A stretch of DNA of 64,000 nt from Amoebidium appalachense (GCA_963693365.1 CAVNZM010000010.1:7875794-7939793), one strand, 5' to 3'. Counted from the stretch's first letter, positions 1 through 55,991 are shown. Numbers and translations: made by a program. The notes: a model not told the origin generated them from the sequence alone.

Positions 1-44
<44 letters not shown>

Positions 45-122
45 TGTGTGTATTGTGCACACATGTGTGTGTGTGTGTGTGTGTGCGTGCGTGTGTGTCT
101 GCAGTGCGTGTGTGCGTGTGTG

Positions 123-161
<39 letters not shown>

Positions 162-240
162 AGAGGTGTGTGTGTGTGTGTTTGTGTGGGTGTGTTTGTG
201 TGTGTTTGCGTGCACATGATATGGTATGCGCGTGTGAGTG
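1..240. repeat. (TG)n microsatellite tract, representative of dozens of (CA/TG)n, (GA/TC)n and poly-C/G tracts in the window
   Basis: Directly visible dinucleotide repeat. It produces the VCVC/THTH artefact ORFs. Confidence 0.95.
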
Positions 241-1045
241 GTAGGGAGTGGCTGTTGATAAACACTCTCCCCACGGCAACAGAAAGACATTTTCTTTGCA
301 GCAACAACCAATTACATTTCACTACCGGCATACCAGTGATAAATAACGGTAAACAACAGTACGTAGGTATGGGAAGGCTGTACCTGTTGCTGTCGCGGTG
401 TTGTTGTCGACGGTGATTTAGGGATTTATGAAATCACCATTCGTTAAAGTTGGAGTTGAAAGCAATTGTGTTCCTATTGCGTGGAAGTACACTGGAGTGC
501 CTTGTATTCTTTCTTCACCAGAACACAATGGAAATGAAAACGTACGTTGATTTTCTCGTTTTGGTGAATTGGTCCGTGCCCTTCAACCTTTTGTATTGGA
601 GAGAGAGAAGGTAAATACCCCCTGAAATCGGTATGTAGTGCCATCAATTCTCCACCGTCAGCTGCCATGCTGAAACCGGATAGACTTTGAACTGAATGCG
701 ATCGCTACGTTTTGTAGTTGGTGTATATATGCCAGAATAATAATTTATGACAGTTGCGGTTAAAGAGGGGACTGTGCGTGTTGTTTTTTTGGAGATTTGT
801 GACTCGTTTACATATCTGAATAAAGATTTTTTATTTTCAGCTGGAATCTGAATTGTGGGACTCATCGGCCGTTGCTGTTTTCCCCTTATACCTTGCTCTT
901 CCCTTGTTGTTTGATTGCTCGTGCTCTTCCCGTTGCTTGCTCTGTTTCCCTGATCCCTTTCGTTCCCTTCCATTGCTGTTCCCTTCTCTTACCCGTGGTT
1001 TTTTCTTCCCCATTCCCGTTCTGTTTAAGCTTTTGTGGTGTGTGT

Positions 1046-1098
<53 letters not shown>

Positions 1099-1746
1099 TG
1101 TATGTGTGCGTGCGTGCATGCGTGCGTGTGATACTGTGGCAATTACCTGCAGACTGCCAGTCGTTGCAACTTGCGACACAATGGAGGTTTGTGTGCCAAT
1201 CAGATTATTGCACGTGGCATACACTTGCATGTGTTTCGGAGTATAGGTGTGTGTGTGTGTGTGTCTGTGTGTGTGTACGGAGTGTGCACGTGTGTACGCG
1301 TGCGTATGTGTGTGTGTGTGTGGGTACGCACGTGTGTTTGTGTGTGTGTAGATTGTAGCTGTCCCCCTCCTCCCCCCCCCCTCCCCCCTCCCCCCTCCCC
1401 TTTGGTATTTATATCCGTCGATATCTCTCAAGCCATTAGCCCGGCAAGGTTAGGCTGAAACATCCATTAGCTTCCCAGTTGTGAGTAGGAAGTATGGATC
1501 CCCCCCCCCTCCCCCCTTCCCCTTGGGGCCCCTGTTCCCCGCTTAGAGCAGGCCACGGAAATGAGTTGTGTACGTGTGTATGTGTGTACGGGCACGTGTG
1601 TGTGTGTGTGTGCATGTGTGTGTATGTGTGTGCGTGGGTGCGTGTGTAGGGGAACAATTTGGTTAATAGGTAGAAGGGGAAAGTTGTGTGTCGGTGTGTG
1701 TGTGTGTGTGTGTGTCTGTGTGTGTGTACGGTGTGTGTGTGTGTGT

Positions 1747-1831
<85 letters not shown>

Positions 1832-2114
1832 TGTGTGTGTACGTATCGGGGTCACGGTCTGTACACGTGTGTGTGTGTGTGTGTACGCGTGTGTACGCGT
1901 GTGTACGTGTGTATGCCGTGTGTTTCAGAGAGCCAATGAAACTTTCCCAACTTTAGCATGTCTGGATTGTAGCTGTCATGTCCCCCCTCCCCCCCCTCCC
2001 CTTCCCTCCCCCCCTCCCCCTCCCCCCCCCCCCCCCCCCCCCCCGCGCTCCCTGCCGAGAGCAGGCCAAATGAGTTGCGCGCGCGCGTGCCCGTGTGTGT
2101 GTGTGTGTGTGTGT

Positions 2115-2191
<77 letters not shown>

Positions 2192-2363
2192 TGATGGTGG
2201 TGGTGGTGATAGTGATGGTGGTGGTAGTGGTTTGAGGGGAGGGGGGAGGGAGGGAGGGGAAAGAGCTGTTGATAAACACTCTCCCCACGGAAACAGAATG
2301 ACTTTTTCTTTGCAGATGGGTGGCTATGTGCTTTTAGACACATGTCCAAAACAGAAATTGTGG

Positions 2364-2757
2364 AGTGGGGGTTCCACTCTCTTTGTACCGTGTGGGCATG
2401 TTTCATCCACTACGTGTACACCATTGAAAATTCAGAGTGGGTTTGCACTCTTTTGTACCGTGTGGGCATGTTTTTCCCATCACGTGTACACCATTGAATC
2501 AGGTTTTCTGAGTGGAGACTCCACTGTTTTGTACCGTGTGGGCATGTTTTTCCCATCACGCGTACACCAGTTTGTACCGTGTGGGTATGTCTTCCCATCA
2601 CGCGTACACTACTTTGTACCGTGTGGGTATGTCTTCCCATCACGCGTACGCCATTTTGTACCGTGTGGGTATATCTTCCCATCACACGTACACCATTGAA
2701 TCAAGGTTTGTGAGTGGGGATTCCACTCTGTTTGTACCGTGTCCACAACGTGTACAA
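2364..2757. repeat. Palindromic minisatellite, 7 copies of a ~42-nt unit, some separated by a second AGTGG..CCACT hairpin
   Basis: Unit TTTGTACCGTGTGGGYATRTYTTCCCATCACGYGTACACYA, last copy truncated. Each unit self-pairs (TGTAC-CGTG-TGGG / CCCA-CACG-GTACA). Confidence 0.85.
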
Positions 2758-2800
2758 ATCATATTCACGAGATATAGGAGAAAGAGAAGAATGTCTGAGG

Positions 2801-2897
<97 letters not shown>

Positions 2898-2904
2898 AGA
2901 GAGC

Positions 2905-2937
<33 letters not shown>

Positions 2938-3063
2938 TAGGAGGGGGAGAGGAGGAGGAGTGGTACATACACACGTGCGCGCACGTACACTCACACACAC
3001 ACATACACGCACACACACACACACACGCACGCACACGTACACACACACACACACACACACACC

Positions 3064-3135
<72 letters not shown>

Positions 3136-3208
3136 TACCAACACTCATACACACACGCATACACTCGCACAAGCATGGATCACAGGCACGCATACACGGA
3201 CAGCATAC

Positions 3209-3246
<38 letters not shown>

Positions 3247-3473
3247 CTACCACCTACACACTCATGCACTCACCTATGAACGACCCTGCCCCTTCCCCCC
3301 TTGCCTTTTCCTTCGTCCCTCCCCCCTCTCCCCTTCCCCCCCTCCTCCAAGAAAAAAAAAAAAAGAAAAAAGAAAAAAAAGAGTGAGGTACGCTTTCCCA
3401 CCCACCCATCCACTATCCTACCCAATTATTCACCCACCTATGGCTATTAGACTGACTTGTTCCAGTAATGTAT

Positions 3474-17630
<14,157 letters not shown>

Positions 17631-17720
17631 TATTTTTTTTCATGAAGAAAAATGCCCCTGAAACCTCCTTAAGTGGATTGTTCGGCAAAATGACATCTGT
17701 CTAGTTGACTAGTACAACTT

Positions 17721-19400
<1,680 letters not shown>

Positions 19401-20230
19401 TGCAGAATGTTCCGGTAAGAAGCGAGCGCTTTGATTCGCTGAAACATAAGAAGCGAGCGCTTTGATTCGCTGAAACATGTTCCAGCCAATCAGACTCAAA
19501 CTGGGTCGCCGCGTTCTCCGATTGCTATGGATACTGGCACCCGATTGGCTGTACATTCTTTTTTTTTCTCACTCTTGGCATCTCACGTGAGACCCGCTCT
19601 CCCCTTCCCCCAAACCCCTATCCCCAATAAACCCAATCTCCCTGACAGGAAACCTGTCACTGAAGGAGATTGGGAACGACACGGTATGAGGCAGCCTATT
19701 ATCTGATTATAGGCCTGTCGCGCTCAGGTCAAATACCCGAGGTTTGAGAGCAGGAGGATTGCGCAAATATTTTAGGAGTAAAAAGAAGTAAAACGGGGTA
19801 GATGCGAGTAACGCAACCACCATGTGGACTTTTGTTCCGGTGTTTTGATTGGCTTACGTATTTTTCAAAGGCTTTCTTGAACTCCTTTTGAGGGGGGCTT
19901 TACATTGTTTCATGTACTTTTGGTTCTGGTTATGAAGCAAAACCACACTATATACCATTAAAACACTCTTATACCAAGATAATTATAGCAAAAACATAAA
20001 AAATATTTTTTGGCAGTTATTTTTTTAATGTGCATAACATACGCCAAAACACGAAAGCACAATTAGATTTCAATATGAATGGTATTACAGAACCCCCAGC
20101 GGAAAAGTCAGGGTGAACTTTAGAGCCGCACTGTTGGAGCGACACAGCCTCTGACAGATACGTTTTTGACTTACATATCTAAGTTCGGTTTAGACTTTCT
20201 AAGGTTAGTTTTCCTCTAATCTCTGCGAAA

Positions 20231-23642
<3,412 letters not shown>

Positions 23643-24599
23643 AATACCGATGGGCCTGTAGGTTGTTCATATGCATGTATGGCAAACGCTTTATAGTCCA
23701 CATGTACTAGCCACAACAATATGATTATGTCAAGAAGGAAGTGTATGTGTATGTTTGGCAGTGGTATCATGTGATGTTCGGAGTTGATATTTTGAGATTG
23801 TGAGTAGCTTCTTGTCGATGCCTGATATTCGGTGACTTGTAAGTACCATTTTTCCCTTCTGAATAAAATAAAAAGCTTTTCACGCGATGAATATTGCCCA
23901 TGGTTTGATGTCGTGTGTGGGGTACCCTTCGATTCAATGTTACAAAGGAAAGGTATTAGCTTGAGGCAGCGTGCCATGTGGCCCATAGAGGACGACCTGT
24001 TATCCCTCAGCCTATTTACTCGAGTCGTGGCCATGGCATAGAGATTAGTGTCGGCCTTCCACAGAAAAGATGATTTGAGCGAGATATTTGCGAGCTTCGA
24101 GGCTTTTGGCTATTGCAACGTGGTCGTCCTCTGTAATACTATGCAGTCCTCACAAAGAATGATGGATTCCTAACAGAGGAGGGGTAGGGTTGGGTTCTCA
24201 CAACATCATTGTGGGTGGACCAGTATATGTTGGTGGTGGTGGTGGGGGGGCTGCAGCCGAGCCTCAGGCCAGGAGCAGCTGTATTTGGTGGCGTGCACAT
24301 GCTTGCCATCGGGTCAGTGATAACGCAATTCGGGAGTGTGAGGTGATCCTCAGGTCACCATATGCCTGGGAGGGGGCTACAAGATACAAAAATGACTAGA
24401 CTGACAGGGTGTGTGTGCGTGTGTGCGGTGGTGGTGGTGTGTGTTTGTGTGTGTGTGTATGCGTGTGTGTGCCAGTGGTCACTGGTGGTGGTGGCGGTGG
24501 TGGGCCGGGTGGGTGGGTTGAGGGGGGGGGGGGGGGGGGAAGATAGCAGCTGGATATATGTGTTCGAAATCCTTTTTTTTATAATGATTTTATTGATAT

Positions 24600-24950
24600 G
24601 CTCACTGAAAGAGAAGCAAGCCGGAGATATCACAGATATCTCAGAGAAGAAAATACAAAAACCTACTCACGGATACGGAGGAGATCACGACTCAAATATA
24701 AAATAAATAAAATCATACACCCTAGAAAACTCGTTACAACATACGGCAGATAGTCAATAGAAGTAATATCAGGATTATCTGAATAAGCTAGTCTTCGAAT
24801 TTCTAACGGAAGAATCTGAGATAAATAAATACATTTATCTAGATGTTTGCGAGAAAAAGGTTCTGCACAAAAGTGACACAAACATTTATGGAAACTAAGG
24901 TTACAACGCCAAAATAAACAATCACGCAATATCACACGAAGGGGTTAGAA
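24600..24950 (-). pseudogene. 3' fragment of a non-LTR retrotransposon ORF (Cys/His C-terminus)
   Basis: CLFWRCN...CHFCAEPFSRKHLDKC resembles the C-terminus of the adjacent + strand LINE (AIQWRSN...CPNN...FKRSCIAKC). Confidence 0.5.
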
Positions 24951-25049
24951 TGGCAGAATCGGCAAGTGTACGGTAGGTTTACGAGAGGAAGGATGAATAT
25001 AAGTAGCTAATTTACATAACGATTGTAGAGAAAATAGACGAGTCTTTAA

Positions 25050-27457
25050 TATAAAAAGAAGCACAGGCTCAAGAGTCCTACCTTGATACTCTTTATCACA
25101 ACGATGAAGCAAAAGATATTGAGTATGAAACCAAGTAACATAATAGATCTCGGTGATTATGCTGGTGGTAGGAAGGAATATCCCGATGCTCTCTTGTTAC
25201 CAAACACCACTCCCGCTAGACTAGGTGAACCCCTGTCTCAAAAGGAAAGCTTGCGCCGGCTTGCTAGTATGAATCGATTTGGCCGCTGCTCGTATTATTG
25301 GTGATACCACTGGAGACCCCCTCATAGACTCTGATAAGTATTTCTCGGAACTGTTTAAAGATAGGACCCCCCGCTCAGAAACCTATTGTGTGGCCTGTAG
25401 ACCCATCTATCCCCATAGAATCGATCCTCCCCTTTTTCAGTCCCGATACCATATGGTCTGTGATATCTAGTTATAGCTCTAGCCTGTCTTGTGGACCTGA
25501 TGGACTCCCTGCTGGGTTTCTTAAAATCCTTGTTCCCTCCTACCCACAAAAGGAAAGTGATCGTGCTATTTAACCTGATCTTACTATCATGTTAAGCTCT
25601 CTCTTTTCTTGGTGTGTTAAATGTGGACATGTCCCGTCATCTTGGTTAGATAACTTAGTGATCCCCATAGTTAAGAAGGACTCTGAGGGCCCCATATCAT
25701 CCTTTTGCCCCATCACACTAACCCAGGTTGTTCGTAGATTCTTTGAAGCTTGCTCTAATTAGGTTATTTGCACATCACCCTAGGTTTCAATCTATTCTTC
25801 ACGTGCACCCATGCCAATCCGCTTTTCGTAAAAACTATTCATGTTATGTTCAAATAATGGCACTGCACGATTCTATGCAAGTTGGTGCACGATATGTTGG
25901 CTTTATTGATTGGAAAACTGCTTACGATTCTGTCTCCCCTGGTCTCCTATGGGAAAAGCTTGCTGCACGGGGTGTACCACAGTGCATTGGTGTTCTGTTA
26001 GAAGCACTCTTGTCTCAAACCTATGGTAGAGCTGTGGTTAATGGGCATCTTTCATATGGTTTTGCTCGTACTAGAGGTCTCTTGCAGGGTTCATTGCTTA
26101 GCCCCTTTTTGTTTAACCTATTTATAGATGATTTGGCTGTCAAGATTTATGCCGAAAACGATGACCCTATTAATAACTTTCCGCCTGCACTTCTCTATGC
26201 TAATGATCTGTCCCTCCTTGCCCGTACCCCTAGACGCCTGCAAAGATTGTTCGATGTAGTGTCAGAGTGGTGCAAGGCAAACCTCATGATCCTTAACATA
26301 GACAAATGTGGTGTTCTTGTACGGTAACCTGATATAGCTAACAATTTACACACATTTACATTATCATCTAAACCTGTACCTATAGTTCCAGAATACAAAT
26401 ATCTTGGTGTTCCGGTTAATTCTGTTGGTGTTATGTTTTCCCATATGGTCGAAAAGAGGGAAGAGATGGCTCGTAAGCGGTTAGCTTTCTTCTCGGCTAA
26501 TATTTTTAAAGACACACCCCTCCATCCTTCTATTAGACTTACATTTATTCGCACTTTTGTCTTCCCGGCATGTGGATATGGTTTACCCCTTCTCGCCGCT
26601 TGGATCAAGAAAGAGAGAACTAGAGCGCTTAAACCCTTGGCAAATCTCCTTGAAGCAGAAGTTACCTCCTTTCTATCTAACAACTGTTGTAAACCTGGGT
26701 TTGTACATGTAACGCTCCTGATATATGGTCTGGTCCCAATAGCTGCTAGAGTATCCTATCTCGCGCTGAAATTCAATAAGCACATAAGCCGCTTAAAGAA
26801 GTATTTGCCCTCCCACCCTCTCTTCTCTATCCGACCTGTCCCCTCCTCACCTCTCCCCTCTTTCCTTCCCTCTCTCTCCCCTTCTCCCCTGGGCACAAAT
26901 ACAAATAAACCCCGCAAAAGTGTGTGTGTGACTTTGGACTGCCACTTACTTATTAAACATGTACACAATCACAAGACAATCACGCAATATAACAAATGGA
27001 AAAAGATACCACACGACACTAGACCCGATGAAAGCATACACCTTGAAAAACTAAGCCTTATGTCTCGTTTTATATATACTGACCGCCTCAACCATATTGC
27101 CAAATATGGCACTCGAAAATGTATAACACCTAAATTCATATCATCTTCCTGTAGAACTGGTCTTTCTCTAGCTGATGGTATTATTGATCAATTACCACGC
27201 TTTTACTGTACACGTGCTATACAGTGGAGATCTAATAAGTATAAGGTGGCATCATTTGCATGCCCAAACAACACACACACACACCAGTTTAAACGGTCAT
27301 GTATCGCCAAATGTAGTTTGATAGACCACATAATACCGCACACACACACGTCACATTCACAACAGACACCCAGAAAGATAGCCTACCTGTAAATTACAAC
27401 ATCCTTGATTTTATACTAAACACGCGTAACTACGACCTGTTTATTAGATGTATTGAT
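25050..27457 (+). mobile_element. Decayed non-LTR (LINE) retrotransposon with reverse transcriptase pseudogene
   Basis: SCGPDGLP, VIPIVKK, QSAFRK, FIDWKTAYDSV, RGLLQGSLLSPFLFNLFIDDL, LLYANDL (YADD decayed), YKYLGV, TFVFPACGYGL. Internal stops (e.g. 25571, 26325) and a frameshift near 25727. Confidence 0.88.
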
Positions 27458-27552
27458 CATTTACTAACGCGAGTGAGTGGCCGAAACACATCACTACAAA
27501 ATTCTAGCGCACGCGCACACCCACACACCCACACACCCACACACCCACACAC

Positions 27553-27611
<59 letters not shown>

Positions 27612-27669
27612 CCAGCTGATACAGAGTGTCCCAGGGGAGCCCCTTAAAAAAAAAAAAACAAAAAAAAAA

Positions 27670-27860
27670 CGGGGAACCCCAACTACTAGGCTCTCCGGTA
27701 GTCTTTATGGTGTCTCGTAGAAGTAAACCCTGATATATAGTCATCACCCGACATCTATGTACGTAATCATGATATACCGCTGAGGGGATATTCCGAGCAA
27801 AACCCCCCCCATACCTGAGACTGGTTTCTCTTTGCCTCGAGTAAACAGCGTAACCCCCCC
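27670..27860 (-). repeat. ~190-bp dispersed repeat, copy 1 (directly 3' of a LINE fragment)
   Basis: Reverse complement closely matches 32690-32881. Both end GGGGTTCCCCG plus a T-tract. Confidence 0.85.
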
Positions 27861-27899
27861 CCCCCCCCCAAGTAACATACTGCTGATAAATAGGGGAAG

Positions 27900-28390
27900 A
27901 GAAGAATTACGGAGACAAATATTTAGAAGGATATCTGTGAATGGGAGATAGATTGGGTACACGACATTTCGCACGAACATTAGATATAGGAATAGGGTCT
28001 AAAGAAGGAAAGAATTGTAACAAAGGATGATAAGAAGGAAGCCTAACCAAATGAAAACAAAAGCGAAGGCCTAACTCATTCATACGCTGACTCGCCGGAG
28101 GGAGACCAAAAACACTCAGCAAAGGAGCCGCCAGAGGATGCCTACGCGAGGTCCGAGAGATGAACTGGATGAATTCACGCTGAAAGGAATCGAATTCCCG
28201 AAGCGCCGCGTGCTGTTGCTGTGGAGGGGCACACAAGAGTAACGGGAGGCCATATTCGAAACATGGACGAAGAAAAACATTGTAAAGAGAAAACAGATTA
28301 GCAGGATGAACATTAGAAATCCTGACCGTCGCAGTTTTGGGACCTGTGATTGGCTTAGCACGCATTTTTGCAATGTGTGATTGCAATTTC
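27900..28390 (-). pseudogene. LINE ORF fragment (post-RT region)
   Basis: LYNVFLRPCFEYGLPLL...VFGLPPASQRMNELGLRF...LPSYHPL is homologous to ORF 26433-27392 (TFVFPACGYGLPLL...IYGLVPIAARVSYLALKF...LPSHPL). Confidence 0.7.
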
Positions 28391-28964
28391 CGAGATGTAC
28401 GAGATATACAATGTCCTATACGGCCCAGGGTAGATCATGCGACGGTAACGTGCGGCATGCATACGTATGATGCGCAACAAAGTTAAGGCCTTATTCTTTT
28501 CAAATTCCTCGGAGTTACTAAGATAAAGGAGTAAATAGGAAGAATTATGTTTCCGTATTGACTTTACAATGCGCAGTACAGTGTATTTGACCGTGTCTCA
28601 TTGTATGGCATGATAACCTTGACGACAATACAATCTGTGTTACCCGGATATATTTGCAAAGGCTCCAGAGAAGACTCGTATGATACGGTATGTTCATGTA
28701 AGCTCTCAGAGTCTCGCGTCACCTTGGAAGTGTTGGAAACAGGTTTTATTGTCTACCTACACACAGTGGTTCATGTTTGGCAACAAAGCAATGTTGCAAG
28801 GAAAGAGCTGTTTTAGTTCGGTCTGTGTGTGACTAGCAGGGCCGGTGCAACACACTTGAGGGGGTAGAGAGAACCGAAGTCCATTTGTTTTCACTGGCTC
28901 TGGTCATGGCAAATACCATTGGCAAGGAGACCTTGCACGAAGTGTGTTTTCTGAGCAGTAGAGA

Positions 28965-45825
<16,861 letters not shown>

Positions 45826-45912
45826 GTTTGGGTTCTGGTGTTGCTTTGTGCAGCGGCATGGTAATAGTTGCTGGAAATATCAACTGTGTTGGAGGAATTT
45901 GTAAAGGGTAAA

Positions 45913-45967
<55 letters not shown>

Positions 45968-47890
45968 CTGCGCTGCGCTGCTGCAGGTAGAGCTTGTGCT
46001 AGGCGATGGCATAAGCAGATTTGTTGTACGAATGGACATGAGTAGCATAACACATGTGTTATGTACATTAATTAATCATTATTGAAAGAGGGTGACGAAT
46101 GAATAAGATATTCACCGCTGCGGTACGTGTGGCTGAATAACAGTAACACTCTGAAAGTCACTGAGGGTAGAACTGGCGTAACGGTTCTGTATTTAGTCTA
46201 ACGGTAATTCTGTAAGTAGAGATTGATTATTGTAGGCCGGCGAACACCTAATCAGAGTACATTACAGGAAAGTAATTCCTGGAAGAAAAGGCGGGAAAAA
46301 AAAATAGAGGTACACTGTTTGATTAATTAAACCAAGAACTTTTGTATGAAGATATGCATGGTGTTACATGGATATGCTTGTAAAGGTATGATAAATAAAA
46401 CGGGTGTTGACCTATTGCGATTTGCAGGAGGGAACGGTCAATAAATATGATAACCACAAACATGTTCAACGCTTTTTTGGGCCCAAGGACCCAAGGCGTA
46501 CAGGCGTAGATGAGGCACTATTATAGTACGTAGCGCCAATATAGTATATTGCATACATAGCTATGATTATCAAGGCTTCGTGTGGATGTTTGTGTATGCC
46601 TACAAATATAGTCTAATGTGCACAAATATATAACACGGTGCCAACTTGAAATGATCTGCATATTCCTGGCGCCATGTATTATTGTTCCTGGCCCATGCTT
46701 CGCTGCCATGCATGCGCATGCGCGCAAGGCCACCATGGCCATGCCATGGGTGTTGGGCATTAACACATCATATTCTCCAGGACTCAGCCCATAGTTCTGT
46801 TAGAAACTACACCGTGGAAGGACCTTATACAAACCTGCGAACTTCATTCGTGGACATGAACATGCACCTTGTACATGTCCGAGTAGGCCTGTACTAAATT
46901 CAGTTTTTTGCGACTTCCGGTGGAAGTTTATCGAAATCCCTATTCATGATCAGGGCATATGCAGCTTGGGGCGGGCTGTGAGCCGATCACGCAATCCGCC
47001 TTTGTGGTGACATCATCTGCTCTTTCGCTGTGTGGTTCATTCAAACTGTGACTGTTCTTTGTATGTAGAGTAGACAGAGAGCGAAGAATTCACCATCTTT
47101 GTTTTCTGTCATTTTACGCATGAAATATCAAAGTATATATTCGCGTTATTTAAAAGCACATACATGTCAATTTAAGGGGTGATCACACAGGCAAGGCTAT
47201 TCATGTCACTTAGATTTGTGCGTAATTCATTGCAGGAGGACAACACCTCCATGTAGTTTCATACCCGGATTAGACATCTGCACATGTTGTGCCATCTAGC
47301 GACATTCCAATGTATATAAGCTTCATGAACGTCTAGCGGCCGGAGCTCTGTATGCCAGCTAGACAGCGTACCTGTGGAGACACGCTTTAATTTTCCCTTT
47401 AGTTTTGCGGAACGCCACTGACAGTTCAGGAAAATAATAGTACCATTTGTTTAACGATTAGGATCTGGATTTTCATGTCAATAATACTGGTTTTATTCTA
47501 CTATGGTACAAAAAAGTGTTGAAGTAACGAGGAGCATCCTGTAACGTGGTTGAAAGAGCACGTGAGAGATCTACAGGTAGGCAGTTGGTGTCTGTGTAGT
47601 GCTGCCAAATCAATGGTTCGGGGATTATTCGTGGTTGTGCCCAGCAGTTGAGCCGTGTAGTGACGCATACATTGGCATGCCCGCACGCACTATGTAGGCA
47701 ATCAACATTTTCTGGTCAAGGACAATGGAAATAGTTCTGATGCACAGACCAAGCATGCACGAGTGCCCTCTTATGATTATGTCTGAAGGTGCCAGCTACG
47801 GATAGAAAGGGGGTGAAAGGGTGTGTGTGAGCGGTGGTGGTGGTGGTGTGTGGGTGGGTGAGTGGGTGGGTGTGTGGGCGGAGGGGAGTG

Positions 47891-47923
<33 letters not shown>

Positions 47924-47996
47924 GAGGGGCGGTAATTAAGGCTGGGCTGGACACATGTAGTCGGGTTTTTTAGAGGTCTTGGGCATTGACCTGGTG

Positions 47997-48004
47997 TTTA
48001 TATA
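47997..48004 (+). promoter_or_regulatory. Candidate TATA box of the bZIP gene
   Basis: TTTATATA ~40 nt upstream of the ATG at 48043. Confidence 0.4.
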
Positions 48005-48042
48005 GAGCAGAGATCTGCAATTGCAGAAATTTACAGTTCAAG

Positions 48043-54052
<6,010 letters not shown>

Positions 54053-55411
54053 CGAAAGTGATTGGTTCGCGCTCAATCAGATCACGTGACTCACCACGTC
54101 ACTGCCGAACGACCAATATTATGTGTACCCGTCAGAAAATTAATTGTACTGTGGTGCTGATATTAGACTGATGTACGTCGTGTTGGCGGACAAAAGGCAT
54201 TATTAATATTAGTTGTGTGTATACGTTGAAAAAGGGGCACTGTTTCACCTTACGAATGAGCTGAGAAAAAGAAGAAAAATGTAGCACGTGCATAAATGCT
54301 TTCAATAAAACAATTTAAAAAAAAAAGGTAGGAATGTGGGTGTATATGACATTTTGGATTGCGCGCTGGGTGTTGGTCTCATGAATGCTGGTGACTGATG
54401 TCTTCCTGATCGATGTATGCGTAGTAACTAAATTATTGTCACTTTCTTGTTGTTGAACATGAAATCTTTACCACACAGTGTACATGGGCGGTTTTATTCT
54501 TTTTGCCGCCTCTCTTCCTCAATATATTCGTTTTAAAATTACTATTATAGATCACCTTAATAAGGCTGCACAGTATGATATTGTGATACGGTGTCTTTAC
54601 TTTTTTTCGGAGCTACCAATGCTAGCCTCTGCTTATCCATAATGTGGTAGGGTTGTCGTATGCTACGACGGCGCTAGATGTTGCTTAGCATATACGTTTG
54701 TCACTAGCTGCATTTGATTGGCTGCGCTGGAAACGCAGTAGGCCGTCGAGTGAGGCTGGGCCCCAGACAGTGTCCACGGCAATAAATAGTGTGTAAACCC
54801 CCACAGTGTACCACTTTCTTCAAGTTGCTGTAATTTCTGTGCCAACTGCATATAGTGTGGCTCCCCGGGCCAGTGCTTGCTATAGACTTTCTAATATTTA
54901 GGTTTTTGGAGAGAGAGGGGGGGGGGGGGGGGGGGGGGGGGGGGAACAGCAAACTCTGCACACGTATCTTACAGTCACGTGTAGTAAGAACTATCACGAC
55001 CAGTGTAATGTAAATAAAGTGCCACTTCTAACTTGCCATGCTGGCACTAGCGCGCTTGAAACAACTGTATTCAAAGGTGTGTGCATTCATGATCAGGATA
55101 TCAAGTCCTTGATATTATAATTTCTCAAGGGACAAGAAATTACATGGAGGGGTCGCGCAACGTAGACTACGTATACTGTACTGTACGTATACGGCATTTA
55201 TACCTTATAATGTGCTTTCCGATTGCTTTATTGGCCGGACTAGATATAACGAGGTATACAAACTCACTACAGTATCACGGCACACAGTGCCTGGGCTGCA
55301 ACGAGCCACCGACTACTACGTACCCTACAGGGATACAAAATACATGCACTCTGCTCTACCCCACTTGCACTCCTGACCCAAAAGCCCCTATGTGTGTGCG
55401 TGCGTGCGCGC

Positions 55412-55514
<103 letters not shown>

Positions 55515-55991
55515 TGCTAATAAAGTAGAGGATAGCTGACGGCGAGGATAACACACAAGAAGCTGCGGGCGGGTGGGTGGGTCCAAAGAGAAGCGGCGAG
55601 GATAAGAGCTGGGTGGAGTGACTTTGAAACCGCTCCTTATAAACTAAGTCGCTTCTACCAGGCCGATGATTGGCCCCATAACCATTGGGGCCACATCATT
55701 CGGCCGAATATAAGGGATAAATAGAATTGTCCAATCAATTCGACCATTTATACCTTATAATGTGCTACCTACGACCACAACAAATTTATGTATACAGATA
55801 TAAAATAAATACATTGCACCGTGTGCAGACAATCAAGTTGAAGTTGGCGCGACTGCCGCCCCTTCCACACGGAAGGCACGCATGCGCCACTGTCGCACCT
55901 GTAAACAACTGTACACATGAACTGTACATGTTTACTAAAGAATGTGATCTACTAGCACACGATTCGTGCTTTGTCATGAATATCACATAAA

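Noticed and set aside
474-973. Minus-strand ORFs with NKKSLFRYVN...TVPSL, reminiscent of a LINE endonuclease-RT linker
   Set aside because: Too short and frameshifted, with no RT motif nearby, so it cannot be assigned.
1410-1436. CTCTCAAGCC plus a small hairpin as a possible Helitron 3' ATIR pairing with ~19741-19750
   Set aside because: A 9/10 match and a 5-bp stem are within chance, and it does not match the better-supported terminal hairpin at 19632-19674.
2364-2757. CRISPR array, or repeated RING-like FVPCGH coding units
   Set aside because: No unique spacers or cas genes in a eukaryotic context, and the reading frame changes between copies.
19640-19760. Hammerhead ribozyme or snRNA in the hairpin cluster
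   Set aside because: No CUGANGA/GAAA core or Sm site in correct geometry. It is better explained as a transposon terminus.
46040-47800. Complex non-repetitive DNA between the two host genes
   Set aside because: No convincing ORF, splice chain or terminal repeats were found.
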